Positions 8,867 through 17,689 of a stretch of DNA of 64,000 nucleotides are shown here, piece by piece. The DNA comes from Sandaracinaceae bacterium (GTDB lineage Bacteria; Myxococcota_A; Polyangia; Polyangiales; JAFGIB01): positions 1,873 through 65,872 of the forward strand of contig JADGRF010000016.1 of the NCBI GenBank assembly GCA_017881055.1, written 5' to 3'. Each line of letters begins with the position of its first letter. Within the stretch, counting starts at the first letter, position 1. The notes under the pieces are model-generated. The model was not told the origin of the DNA. It saw only the letters and a list, made by a program, of their open reading frames with translations, and ran no database searches. Position numbers and translations under genes: made by a program.

Positions 8867-10372
8867 ATGGACGTCGAGCTTGGTCACCCGATGCCTTTCA
8901 TCGAGGAAGAAGAAACGGAGCCTCCTTCAGTAAGCGCTCCGCGAGTCACGGACACTGGACACGCCACTGCCACTGACACCTTCACGAACCCGATCGCGAA
9001 CCTCTTTGACGGGCATCGTCAACTCCTCGAAGGCGACTTCTGGCGCTACATCCCCGCGTACCGCGGCGTCGATCAAGCGACCTTCCTCGATCATCACTGG
9101 CAGAGCCAACACGCCGTGACGCGCGTGGACAAGCTCGCCACCGCGCTCGGCGATCTGCTGCCCAACGCGTTCTTCCGCGACGTGGAAGCCGGCATGGCGC
9201 GCGCACCGATGAGCCTGCGCATCTCGCCGTACATCGTGTCGCTCATCGACTGGCGCGACCCGTACAGCGACCCGCTTCGCAAACAGTTCCTGCCGCTCGC
9301 CTCCGAGCAGCTGGCCGACCACCCGATGGTGGGGTTCGACTCGCTGCACGAGCGCAGCGACTCGCCCGTGCCGGGCCTGGTGCATCGCTATCCCGACAAG
9401 GCGCTGTTCCTCGCGCTCGATCTCTGTCCGGTGTACTGCCGATTCTGCACCCGCAGCTATTCGGTCGGCGTCGACACCGAAGGCGTGTCCAAGTACCACC
9501 TGCGCGCGAAGCCCGAGCGCTGGGAAGTCGCGTTCGAGTACATCCGCGAACACGAGCAGCTCGAAGACATCGTGATCAGCGGTGGCGACGTGCACAATTT
9601 GCGCGCGGACCAGATCGCGGACATCGGCAACACGCTGCTCGACATCCCGCACGTGCGCCGCATGCGCTTCGCGACCAAGGCGATCGCCGTCGCACCCATG
9701 AAGTTCTTGAGTGACGACGAGTGGGTCAACTCGCTCGCGAGCGTCGCGCAACGCGGCCGCAAGCTCGGCAAGGAAGTCGTCGTACACACCCACGTGTCGC
9801 ACCCGCGCGAGATCACGTGGATCACCCAGGCCGCGACGCGCCGCTTGTACGGCGAAGGCGTCACGATCCGCAACCAGTGCGTGCTGCTGCGCGGCGTCAA
9901 CGACGACCCGACCATCTTGCGCACGCTGGTCAAGCGCCTCTCGTACGTGAACGTTCAGCCGTACTACGTGTACCAGCACGATCTCGTGCCCGGCGTCGAA
10001 GACCTGCGTACCAGCCTTGGCACCACGCTCGCGATCGAGAAGCAGGTGCGCGGCTCGACGGCAGGCTTCAACACGCCGACGTTCGTGGTCGACGCCCCAG
10101 GCGGCGGCGGCAAGCGCGACGTGCATTCGTTCGAGCACTACAACCGCACCACCGGAGTGAGCGTGTATCGCTCACCGAACGTGGACGAGAGCGCCGTGTA
10201 CCTGTACTTCGACCCGATCGAGTTCCTGCCCGAGGAGGGCCGGCGCCGCTGGGCCGATCCCGACGAGCACGCCACGATGATCAGCGAAGCCGTACGCGCA
10301 GCAGGTCACGATCCCGCCAGTCTGCCCCGCGGATGGGGAGCCTCCCAACGGCGCCGCCTCCCCGTTATGTGA
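8867..10372 (+). CDS. kamA: KamA-family radical-SAM aminomutase (L-lysine 2,3-aminomutase-like)
   Basis: ORF 8639..10372 trimmed to ATG 8867 (AGAGGAA 6 nt upstream). Contains LCPVYCRFCTRSY (CxxxCxxC), ISGGD, YYVYQHDL and PTFVVDAPGGGGKR. Confidence 0.85.
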   Translation: MDVELGHPMPFIEEEETEPPSVSAPRVTDTGHATATDTFTNPIANLFDGHRQLLEGDFWRYIPAYRGVDQATFLDHHWQSQHAVTRVDKLATALGDLLPNAFFRDVEAGMARAPMSLRISPYIVSLIDWRDPYSDPLRKQFLPLASEQLADHPMVGFDSLHERSDSPVPGLVHRYPDKALFLALDLCPVYCRFCTRSYSVGVDTEGVSKYHLRAKPERWEVAFEYIREHEQLEDIVISGGDVHNLRADQIADIGNTLLDIPHVRRMRFATKAIAVAPMKFLSDDEWVNSLASVAQRGRKLGKEVVVHTHVSHPREITWITQAATRRLYGEGVTIRNQCVLLRGVNDDPTILRTLVKRLSYVNVQPYYVYQHDLVPGVEDLRTSLGTTLAIEKQVRGSTAGFNTPTFVVDAPGGGGKRDVHSFEHYNRTTGVSVYRSPNVDESAVYLYFDPIEFLPEEGRRRWADPDEHATMISEAVRAAGHDPASLPRGWGASQRRRLPVM

Positions 10373-10417
10373 TCGCGGATCGCGTGGCCCTTCACGAGAC
10401 GCGTTGTCACTGCGGCC

Positions 10418-10563
10418 AAAACAGTGGCGCATGGGTCGTGAGCCGCGAGCGAGGCGCCTTCGGTTCCGAGGAGCGCGCGGAGCGGACTTCCCGTCCGTGA
10501 GCACGCACCGCAGGAAGCGAAGGCGGATCGCGAAGTGGATCGCGGCCCAGGCGCCACTGTTTT
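10418..10563. repeat. Palindromic intergenic element, copy A (MITE/REP-like family)
   Basis: Terminal inverted repeats AAAACAGTGGCGC ... GCGCCACTGTTTT. Internal blocks are shared with copy C (56676..56855). The right arm overlaps the TAA stop of the 10562..12079 gene by 2 nt. Confidence 0.7.
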
Positions 10564-12079
10564 AGGGGGAGGTGCGTTCGCAGGTGAGTAGGGAGAGGTA
10601 GTTCTTCCAGGGGTCGCCGCCTTTGGACTTTAGGGCGGCGGCTAGTTCTTGGGTTTCGTAGGCTCGCTTTAGGCGCAGGGTGATCGCTTCTTCGGTTTGG
10701 CCGGCGGCGTAGCGGGCGTCGAGGTCGTCTACTTCTTCGGCAGCTGCGGCGTTGGCCTTGGCCTCGTCGCTGTCGTCCAGGACCTTCTTGATGGCGAGTG
10801 AGTCGCGCGCGAGCGTGGGCGCGAAGTCGGGGTGGTAGGCGTCGTCGAGCACGGGCCAGCGGCCGAGCAGCAAGGCCGACAACGCGCCGTGCTTTTCGTC
10901 GAGGTTGTCCTCGGCGATCGTGAGCTCGTGATCCAGCTGATCGAGCGTGCGCCCGAGCGCGGATAATCGCTCTTCGACGGCCGCTCGCGTGAGTAGCCCA
11001 AGGCGCGCGCCGAGCTGCGTCACGACGGCGGCGTCCTCGGGCAGCAATTTGGCGTCGATCTTGCCGGGTTTCTTCTGCACTTCGCGCAGGTAGCGCTCCG
11101 ACGTGGTGGTCGGCACGTCGATCGATTCGCCCGCGATGCGCGCACGCGTGTGCGCCTCGAACAGGCTCACCCGCCCGTCGCCATCGAAGTCGATGTCGCG
11201 CTTCGCAAGCGGATGGCCATCGCGATCTTCGCCACGCAGCGCGTGCAGCATGTGCATGCTGTAGCCCTCCTGCGCGCGCCGATCAGGGTTCGGATCGCAG
11301 CCGCTGGTCTCGCGGTCCCACGTTCCGGCAAACAGGCCACAGCGTGGCGAGGTCGTGATGCCGCGCGCCGGCTCCGCAGCTTCGAACGCGAGCTCGGCAA
11401 AGCCACCGGAGAAACAACTCGCGATCACCAAGCGCACCGGCCGCTTTGCCTTGCTCGACAGCGCATCGAGCTCGGGCACGGAGAGCTCGTCGCCGCCCCA
11501 GAGCACCACGTGGTTCTCGCGTGCGTGTCCGCCCTGCTCGCCATGAGATGCAATGTAAAGAAGCAGCGGGTCCTTGCCCTCGGCAAGCGCATGGAACAGC
11601 TCGTGGTGGACACTGCTCGAGCTCGCGGGCAGCGCGTTGAGCGAGGGCTTGCGATACCGACTGCCGCGGCCTTTGCGTGGCGTGAAGAAGTCACCGACGC
11701 GCACGAGCACGCTGGTCGCATCCAAGGTCGGGTCGAGCGTGCGCACGCTGTTGGCGTCCGAGCCACCGGCAAACAGCACCCTGCCCGGCCCCGGCAACAC
11801 GCTGACGACCAGCGCAATGTCCTGCTCGAGCGACACTTCCGTCGACTCGGGCGTGGCACCTCCGCCGATTGCGATGAAGCGCAGCGGTCCGCTTGCAGCT
11901 GCCGGCGGCATAGCAGGCGCGGCCACGGTCGGCGCAGCCGTGGCCGACGCGCTCGGCGCGGCTCGTTTCGCCCGCGCTGCTACGGGCGCGACCTCACGCC
12001 GGCGCGGCGCGCCTGCGCACAGCGCGATGAACAGCGCAAACGAAGCGCAGGCGATGGTAGTCCGCAGCATGTCGAGCAC
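10562..12079 (-). CDS. Secreted clan-CD cysteine peptidase-like protein (legumain C13/caspase fold) with EF-hand-like loop and coiled-coil tail
   Basis: Signal peptide MLDMLRTTIACASFALFIALCAGA. His-Gly / Ala-Cys dyad context LLLYIASHGEQGG ... VRLVIASCFSGGF. DIDFDGDGRVSLFEAH is a Ca-binding-type loop. Confidence 0.65.
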   Translation of the reverse strand: MLDMLRTTIACASFALFIALCAGAPRRREVAPVAARAKRAAPSASATAAPTVAAPAMPPAAASGPLRFIAIGGGATPESTEVSLEQDIALVVSVLPGPGRVLFAGGSDANSVRTLDPTLDATSVLVRVGDFFTPRKGRGSRYRKPSLNALPASSSSVHHELFHALAEGKDPLLLYIASHGEQGGHARENHVVLWGGDELSVPELDALSSKAKRPVRLVIASCFSGGFAELAFEAAEPARGITTSPRCGLFAGTWDRETSGCDPNPDRRAQEGYSMHMLHALRGEDRDGHPLAKRDIDFDGDGRVSLFEAHTRARIAGESIDVPTTTSERYLREVQKKPGKIDAKLLPEDAAVVTQLGARLGLLTRAAVEERLSALGRTLDQLDHELTIAEDNLDEKHGALSALLLGRWPVLDDAYHPDFAPTLARDSLAIKKVLDDSDEAKANAAAAEEVDDLDARYAAGQTEEAITLRLKRAYETQELAAALKSKGGDPWKNYLSLLTCERTSP

Positions 12080-12106
12080 CGGTCGCGCAGCATAGCGCGT
12101 GGACCG

Positions 12107-13654
12107 TCACGGCGCTGCGTCAGAACAGCAACGGAAGCCCAAGCTCGGCAACAGCGTGTTCGCGCTCGCCTGCGAGAACGTGGTCTGGCACGTGAGCGCC
12201 CCCGCCGACGAGATGTACGAGCCGCCGCGGGCCACGTAGATCGGAATGTTGGCCGGGGCGCCGGTCGTTCCGTCGGCGTCGCTGGTCCACTCGCGCACGT
12301 TGCCGGAGAGATCGTAGGCGCTCTCCTGGCTGATGCACGCAGCCAGCGATCCCGTCGGCAGCACGGCGCTGTCGAACGCACCCCCGGGAACGGCATCGTG
12401 GTCGGCACCGTTGCAGCTGTCACCGACGTAGCTCGCGCCGTAGGGATACGTGGTCGCGCTCGCGCCTTCACACGCGCCCTGCCATTCGGCGCCGGTGCAC
12501 AGGCGCCGGCCCGATGCCGCGCAAGCCGCGCTCGCCACGGAGTACGACACGAACGTCCAAGGCAACGCGTTGGCCTTCGAGCAGGAGCGCGCGGTCACTC
12601 GCCCTGGCACCGTCGCCAGCGCATCCGGGCGCGAGGCCTCGTAGCGGTACATCCAGTAGTCGAGCCCGCCGCGGACGACGTGCACCATGTCGTCAATCAC
12701 TCGCTTCGGGTCCTGCGGGTCCGGGTTGTCCACGGTGCCGTCGCAGTTGTCGTCGACGCCGTTGCAGGTCTCGACCGCGGCGGGCCCCGAGCCGGGCACG
12801 GGATCGGGCAGCACCGTTAGGTCGCAATAGGTACGCGTGGGATCGACCGGATGGCAGCGGATCATGCCGACGTCGCGGCACGCGCCGAGCGAACCGTCGT
12901 CGCACTCTTTGCCGACCTCGGGCCACGGCTCGTCGACCAAGCCGTCGCAGTCGTTGTCGATACCGTCGCAGCGCGTCTCGTCGGGCACGATCCCGTTCGG
13001 CACGATCGGATCGAACTGCACGCCGGCCGGATAGTCGCAGTACCAGGTGGTGCGTCCGGCCCGCGTATCGCAAACCACGCCGACGTTCTCGCAGGGCGTC
13101 CCGGCGAGATGACGGCAGATGCCGTTGCCCGGCCGGATCAGGTCTTCATCGGTTTGACCGTCGCAGTCGTCGTCGACGCCGTTGCAGTCTTCGCTGCGCG
13201 CAGGAAACACCGGACAGCGGTACTCACAGCCAGCCTTGTGGTCCAGGTCGGCAAAGCCGAGCTGACAGCCCAGGTCCTGGCACTTGCCGCGCACGCACAC
13301 CGCGTCGACGTTCTCGACCGCGCAGGAATGGTTGCAGCTGCCACAGTGCTGCGGGTTGTTCTCGAGCGCGAAATCCTCATCGACCTTGCCATCGCAGTCG
13401 TCGTCGATCTGGTTGCAGATCTCGTCTTGGCCGCTCGAGATGCAGGTGTCGATGCGGCCACTGTCGGGCGTGGGCGTGGCCATGTTGCCCGCGTCGGGGG
13501 ACACAGCGCCGTCGATCACAGCGCCGTCGATCACGCCGCCGGCATCCTCGACACAGTCGAGGCAAAATGCTTCGTTGCGGCAACCGGCTGCGCCGAGGCA
13601 CACCAGCGCACACAGCGACGCGCACACGAGCGCGCGCAGAGCAGCGTCCCTCAC
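12107..13654 (-). CDS. Lipoprotein with 4 MopE-type metal-binding repeats and a C-terminal FGE-sulfatase (SUMF1-like) domain
   Basis: ORF 12107..14248 trimmed to GTG 13654 (GTGA overlap with the upstream stop at 13651-13654). Lipobox in VRDAALRALVCASLCALVCLGAAGC. Repeats CNQIDDDCDGKVDEDF, CNGVDDDCDGQTDEDL, CDGIDNDCDGLVDEPW and CNGVDDNCDGTVDNPD. FGE core includes YWMYRYEASR, LSGNVREWT, RGGSY and LGFRCC. Confidence 0.8.
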   Translation of the reverse strand: MRDAALRALVCASLCALVCLGAAGCRNEAFCLDCVEDAGGVIDGAVIDGAVSPDAGNMATPTPDSGRIDTCISSGQDEICNQIDDDCDGKVDEDFALENNPQHCGSCNHSCAVENVDAVCVRGKCQDLGCQLGFADLDHKAGCEYRCPVFPARSEDCNGVDDDCDGQTDEDLIRPGNGICRHLAGTPCENVGVVCDTRAGRTTWYCDYPAGVQFDPIVPNGIVPDETRCDGIDNDCDGLVDEPWPEVGKECDDGSLGACRDVGMIRCHPVDPTRTYCDLTVLPDPVPGSGPAAVETCNGVDDNCDGTVDNPDPQDPKRVIDDMVHVVRGGLDYWMYRYEASRPDALATVPGRVTARSCSKANALPWTFVSYSVASAACAASGRRLCTGAEWQGACEGASATTYPYGASYVGDSCNGADHDAVPGGAFDSAVLPTGSLAACISQESAYDLSGNVREWTSDADGTTGAPANIPIYVARGGSYISSAGALTCQTTFSQASANTLLPSLGFRCCSDAAP

Positions 13655-16600
13655 GTTCGCCTCCGCGAGCGGCGCACGAACACCCGCGCAAACAACAACG
13701 TCATACCGAAAGGCGCGAGCGAGCGCGGCGCAGGGCGCCCCGGCGCGCTCACGCTGCAGCTCGACAGCCCCGAGCCGCTGGTCGCTACGTACGTTGCAAC
13801 GTGCGGCTTTTCGTTGGGGTTCTTGGGTGGCGCGCAGACCGGCTCCCCATGACCACCGACCGTGCACAGCTCGCTGACCGGACAATGCGTGACTGCGCAC
13901 GGGTCCGCGACGCAGCCGACAGCGGGTAGACACACGTCGCCCGTCACGCATGAAAGACTCGCGCAGGGATCCGCAACGCACTTGCCGCCCCGACACACGT
14001 CCCCCTGGTGCGCCGGACAGGTCACGCTGGCGCACGGGTCCACCTCGCAGCCGCCGCTCGAGCCGCAGCTCTGGCCGCTCGGGCACTTCGCGTCGTCGCA
14101 GTGCGAGAGACACTTGCCGTCCCAGCACAGATCGTTGGTGGCGCACTTCACGCGCGCGCACGGATCCGGTTCGCAGGCGTGGTCGTAGCAGACCTGGCCC
14201 GTCGCACAGCCCGACACCGCGCAGTCCACGCACTGGCCGTTCACGCACGTCGACCCCGAATCACATTTCACGCCCTGACACGCGTCCACACAGTGGTCGA
14301 CCGCGCAGCGTTCGCTCGTCTTGCAGATCGAGCACGCGCTGGGCAAGCAGAAGCCACCGCTGAAGCCAGCCTTCATCACGCAGCTCATACCGACCGGGCA
14401 TGGGAACTCTTGCTTGGGGTCGCAGCCGCGGCGACACGCACCTGACACGCACGCGTTACCCTTCGGACAGACCGCGTCGTCGTCCACCTGCCCGTTGCAA
14501 TTGTCGTCGCGACCGTTGCACAGCTCATCGGTCTTCGAGACGCCCCCGATGCACATGAGCGAGCCCGACACGCAGCGCAGCACGCCGGGCGTGCACTCGC
14601 CCCGCGTCGAGCCGCAAGCGCGGTTCAACGACGGATCCGCTTCGTCGATCTTGCCGTCGCAGTCGTCGTCCTTGCCGTTGCACAGCTCTTCGCCGCTCTG
14701 CACGCAGCTCGTGTCCGTGCAGTCGAGGCTCTCGTCGATGGCGCCGTCGCAGTCGTCGTCCAAGTTGTTGCAGATCTCGACGCCGGGGCTCTGCGGAGGC
14801 GTGCTGATGTTGCACTGCAGCGAGTCACCGGCCGTGTTGCACGCGAGCGCGCCGAGACCTCGGCAAATGCCTCGGCCACCGTCGTTGCAGCTCTGCCCGA
14901 GGCCCGTGAAGTCTTCGTCGATCTTGGAGTCGCAGTCGTCGTCGAGCCCGTTGCAGGTCTCGAAGCGCACGGAGCGCGAGACGATGCTGGTCAGGGCCGG
15001 CATCAACTCCTGTGGCTGCGACACGAACGCGGCGCCGCGCGTGCCGCCGGAGCCCGCCATCGCGATGCCGTTCAGCGCTTGCTGCTCGCTTGGCAGCACG
15101 CTGACCGCGATCACGTTCACGTCGATGCCGAGCACGTCGTGCAGGTGCCGGGCCTGGGACACGGGATCGCCCGCGCAGCTCTCCGCACCGTCCGTCACCA
15201 GGATCACGCTGTAGTCACGACAGCCGGCAACCGGGTCGGTCGCGCGCACCGGGCGGATGTAGTCTTCGACGGCTTGCAACGAGCCTGCGAGCGGCGTCGG
15301 CCCCGCACCGCGCACTTCGCAGTCGCCACCCGTGCGATGGGCGCAGAAGTCGCCTGGCGTGGTGTCGCCGTTCCACGCGGTCTCCTTGCCATCGAGCCAC
15401 TTCACCATCGCTTTGAGTGGTGTGCCGAAGCCAGACAGAATGTCCGCGCCGCGGCGCGCAGGGCCACACGAGCCCGCGTAGTTGATGCACTCGGTGCGAA
15501 CCGGCGGGTTGGGCCCGGCGTTCGGATTGACGAGCACCGAAATCGTATCGCCCGGATTCGGCCCGTAGCTCACGTCGCAGGCGTGCGCGCCGGAGTTGTC
15601 GCGTGGGTCATCGTAGCTGGCGACCAGGCCCTGGCACTCGAACCACGCGGCGGCCTGGCACGAGCGGTTGGGGCCCTCGTCCTGGTGGTAACGCGCGAGC
15701 CCGAAGTCGAGCTCGGGATACGCCGTCATCACTTGCGCCAAGGTCTCGCGCGCGAGGAACAAGCGCGAGTCGTTGGGTTGACCGTCGCCATCGGTGTCGA
15801 TGCCCGGGTGCTCCACGCTTCCGTCACCGAAGGTCGGGTACCCGGTCAAAGTCAGCAGCATCGAAGCGGACGTATCGAGGATCACCATGACGCGCGGCTT
15901 GCCACCGTCAGCTGCAGCCTTGCAGCTTGGATCGCTGGTCACCGTCGGCGCGCACGCGGCTGGCTCGCCCGCGCTGCAGCTCGGGATGCTCTGCGCACAC
16001 ACGCCGAGCCCGCACTGAGAGTTGCTGAAGCCTTCGTCTATGACCCCATCGAAGTCGTTGTCGAAGCCGTCGCACACCTCGCCGATGTACGCACCGTCCA
16101 GCTGCAGCTCGCCCGCGCCGCCGCCCGCTTCGCCCTGGCAAAGCGGACACGTACCGCCGAGCGCACCGCTGACATCGAAGCGCGCGCTCGGATCGAAGCT
16201 CGCACGCACCGAGAGCACGCTGATCACGCCGCCACCGCCGCCGCCACCGCAGTCGTCGCAGCCGGCCACCGTGGTCTGCGCGCCCGCCGGGCAATCCAGG
16301 TAGTCGGGCTGACCGACCGCCGCCGCACGCGCGTCGCCGCCGAGACCGCCAGCCGCGGTGATCAGCGCGGTCGGGCCGAGCTCCACCTTCTCGCCGACCA
16401 CCAGCACCGAGCCGCCCGCACCGCCGCCGCCCGAGTCGTTGTCCACGCCGCAGCCACGCGCGCCGCGTGCGTCGACGGTTCCGTCGATATGCACGGTGCC
16501 GGGTGCGAGGCCGCACGGCGACGCGCTACTGCCGCGGGCGCTGAGGCCCACGAGCGCGACTCGTCCACCGCCGGCTCCACCCACGATCGGCGAGGTGAAG

Positions 16601-17226
16601 CCATCGCCGTCCATGCAACCCTTGTCACCACCGGCCGCACCGAACTCCGGCTGATAGACGTTGTGCTGTGCGCTCACGCCGGCCACCGACGGCCCGAGCC
16701 CGAGCGCACCCGCGCAGTACGCGTAGCTGCTGCAGCCCGTCCCAGTGAACGTGTTCATGCAGTCGTCTTCGAAGTCGGCCGGGAAGCTCATCGGACGATC
16801 GATCGTGCCGCGACCACCGGGGCCGAAGTGCGCGCCACCGCCCGCGGAGTCGCGCAAGCTGCAACCGCCGCGACCGCCCGCGCTCGACGTGGGCCCGTCG
16901 CCGTCGCCGCACAGCTCCGAGGTGTAACCTGCCGCGCGCGCCGTGACCTTGGACGTTGCGTCCACGAAGATCGAGCCCGCGACCAGCTCCAGGTTTCCGT
17001 AGACGTGCTTGTCCGAGCCGTGCACGTACTGAATCACGCGGATCACGCCGCCGTGGATCACGCACACGTTGTCGTAATGGCGCGCGGACGCAGCATCGAC
17101 CGTGAACGTGGCCGGGCCTTGGACACCGGTCCCGTCTACGATCAGATCATTGGCCTGCGCGCGCGCCACGCCCTGCGCTACGCAGCAGGCGCTCGCGATC
17201 GTCAGCCAGCAGAGCAGGCGGCGCAT
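13651..17226 (-). CDS. Giant secreted protein: Gly-rich N-region, vWA domain, MopE-type repeats, Cys-rich repeats, MYXO-CTERM-like tail
   Basis: Signal peptide MRRLLCWLTIASACCVAQGVARAQA. vWA MIDAS VMVILDTSASM. Five C..(D/N)DDC(D/N)G..DE repeats. Long CxxGxxC / DPC repeat region. C-terminal SSCSVSAPGRPAPRSLAPFGMTLLFARVFVRRSRRRT. Confidence 0.85.
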   Translation of the reverse strand: MRRLLCWLTIASACCVAQGVARAQANDLIVDGTGVQGPATFTVDAASARHYDNVCVIHGGVIRVIQYVHGSDKHVYGNLELVAGSIFVDATSKVTARAAGYTSELCGDGDGPTSSAGGRGGCSLRDSAGGGAHFGPGGRGTIDRPMSFPADFEDDCMNTFTGTGCSSYAYCAGALGLGPSVAGVSAQHNVYQPEFGAAGGDKGCMDGDGFTSPIVGGAGGGRVALVGLSARGSSASPCGLAPGTVHIDGTVDARGARGCGVDNDSGGGGAGGSVLVVGEKVELGPTALITAAGGLGGDARAAAVGQPDYLDCPAGAQTTVAGCDDCGGGGGGGVISVLSVRASFDPSARFDVSGALGGTCPLCQGEAGGGAGELQLDGAYIGEVCDGFDNDFDGVIDEGFSNSQCGLGVCAQSIPSCSAGEPAACAPTVTSDPSCKAAADGGKPRVMVILDTSASMLLTLTGYPTFGDGSVEHPGIDTDGDGQPNDSRLFLARETLAQVMTAYPELDFGLARYHQDEGPNRSCQAAAWFECQGLVASYDDPRDNSGAHACDVSYGPNPGDTISVLVNPNAGPNPPVRTECINYAGSCGPARRGADILSGFGTPLKAMVKWLDGKETAWNGDTTPGDFCAHRTGGDCEVRGAGPTPLAGSLQAVEDYIRPVRATDPVAGCRDYSVILVTDGAESCAGDPVSQARHLHDVLGIDVNVIAVSVLPSEQQALNGIAMAGSGGTRGAAFVSQPQELMPALTSIVSRSVRFETCNGLDDDCDSKIDEDFTGLGQSCNDGGRGICRGLGALACNTAGDSLQCNISTPPQSPGVEICNNLDDDCDGAIDESLDCTDTSCVQSGEELCNGKDDDCDGKIDEADPSLNRACGSTRGECTPGVLRCVSGSLMCIGGVSKTDELCNGRDDNCNGQVDDDAVCPKGNACVSGACRRGCDPKQEFPCPVGMSCVMKAGFSGGFCLPSACSICKTSERCAVDHCVDACQGVKCDSGSTCVNGQCVDCAVSGCATGQVCYDHACEPDPCARVKCATNDLCWDGKCLSHCDDAKCPSGQSCGSSGGCEVDPCASVTCPAHQGDVCRGGKCVADPCASLSCVTGDVCLPAVGCVADPCAVTHCPVSELCTVGGHGEPVCAPPKNPNEKPHVATYVATSGSGLSSCSVSAPGRPAPRSLAPFGMTLLFARVFVRRSRRRT

Positions 17227-17318
17227 CCTGGCAAGTCTACCACGTGCGCATCATGCCGCGCGTCACGAGACTCGGTCGTCGCTTGAGACAATCGCCTACC
17301 CCGCCTACCCTGCAACCC

Positions 17319-17671
17319 ATGACGAGCACAAAGCCGCTGCTCTCACTGCTGGCTGCAGTCAGTTTCCTACTCCTGTCCGCATGCGGAGGAAGCAGGGAGG
17401 CGGCGCCGGAGGCAGTGGGGCTGGCGCCGGCATCGGCGAGCCGTGCCTCGGCAGCTGTCAGCCCGGCTTGATCTGCAGCGGCGCGATCTTCGACCGGCTG
17501 TGCACGGCGCAGTGCGGCGGCGACTCCGCGTGCGAGCAGTTCAGCACGAACGCACGCTGCTTCGGAGGCGAATGCGCGCTGCGCTGCGACACGAGCGCCG
17601 ACTGCCCAGCCGAGACCACGTGCGCCGCCGTCAGCGGGGGCACGACCCCGATGGCCTGCATCCAGAACTGA
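17319..17671 (+). pseudogene. Small Cys-rich lipoprotein apparently split by a frameshift near 17394-17400
   Basis: Frame A (ATG 17319) encodes the lipoprotein signal MTSTKPLLSLLAAVSFLLLSACGG, then stops at 17471. Frame B (to 17671) encodes GGGAGGSGAGAGIGEPCLGSCQPGLICSG...CALRCDTSADCPAETTCAA...MACIQN with no signal peptide of its own. The frames differ by -1 in a purine run GGAGGAAGCAGGGAGG. Confidence 0.5.
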
Positions 17672-17689
17672 CTCAGCGGAGAGCCGAAC

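Noticed and set aside
12107-12400. Possible diversity-generating retroelement target (variable region at the 3' end of the FGE-domain gene)
   Set aside because: FGE/CLec folds are common DGR targets. I found no reverse transcriptase, no template-repeat copy of this 3' region and no adenine-specific mismatch pattern anywhere in the window.
15079-17286. 735-aa plus-strand ORF
   Set aside because: It is antisense to the vWA/MopE giant gene, which has a signal peptide, a MIDAS site and repeated Cys motifs. It has shadow-ORF composition (R/A/H-rich).
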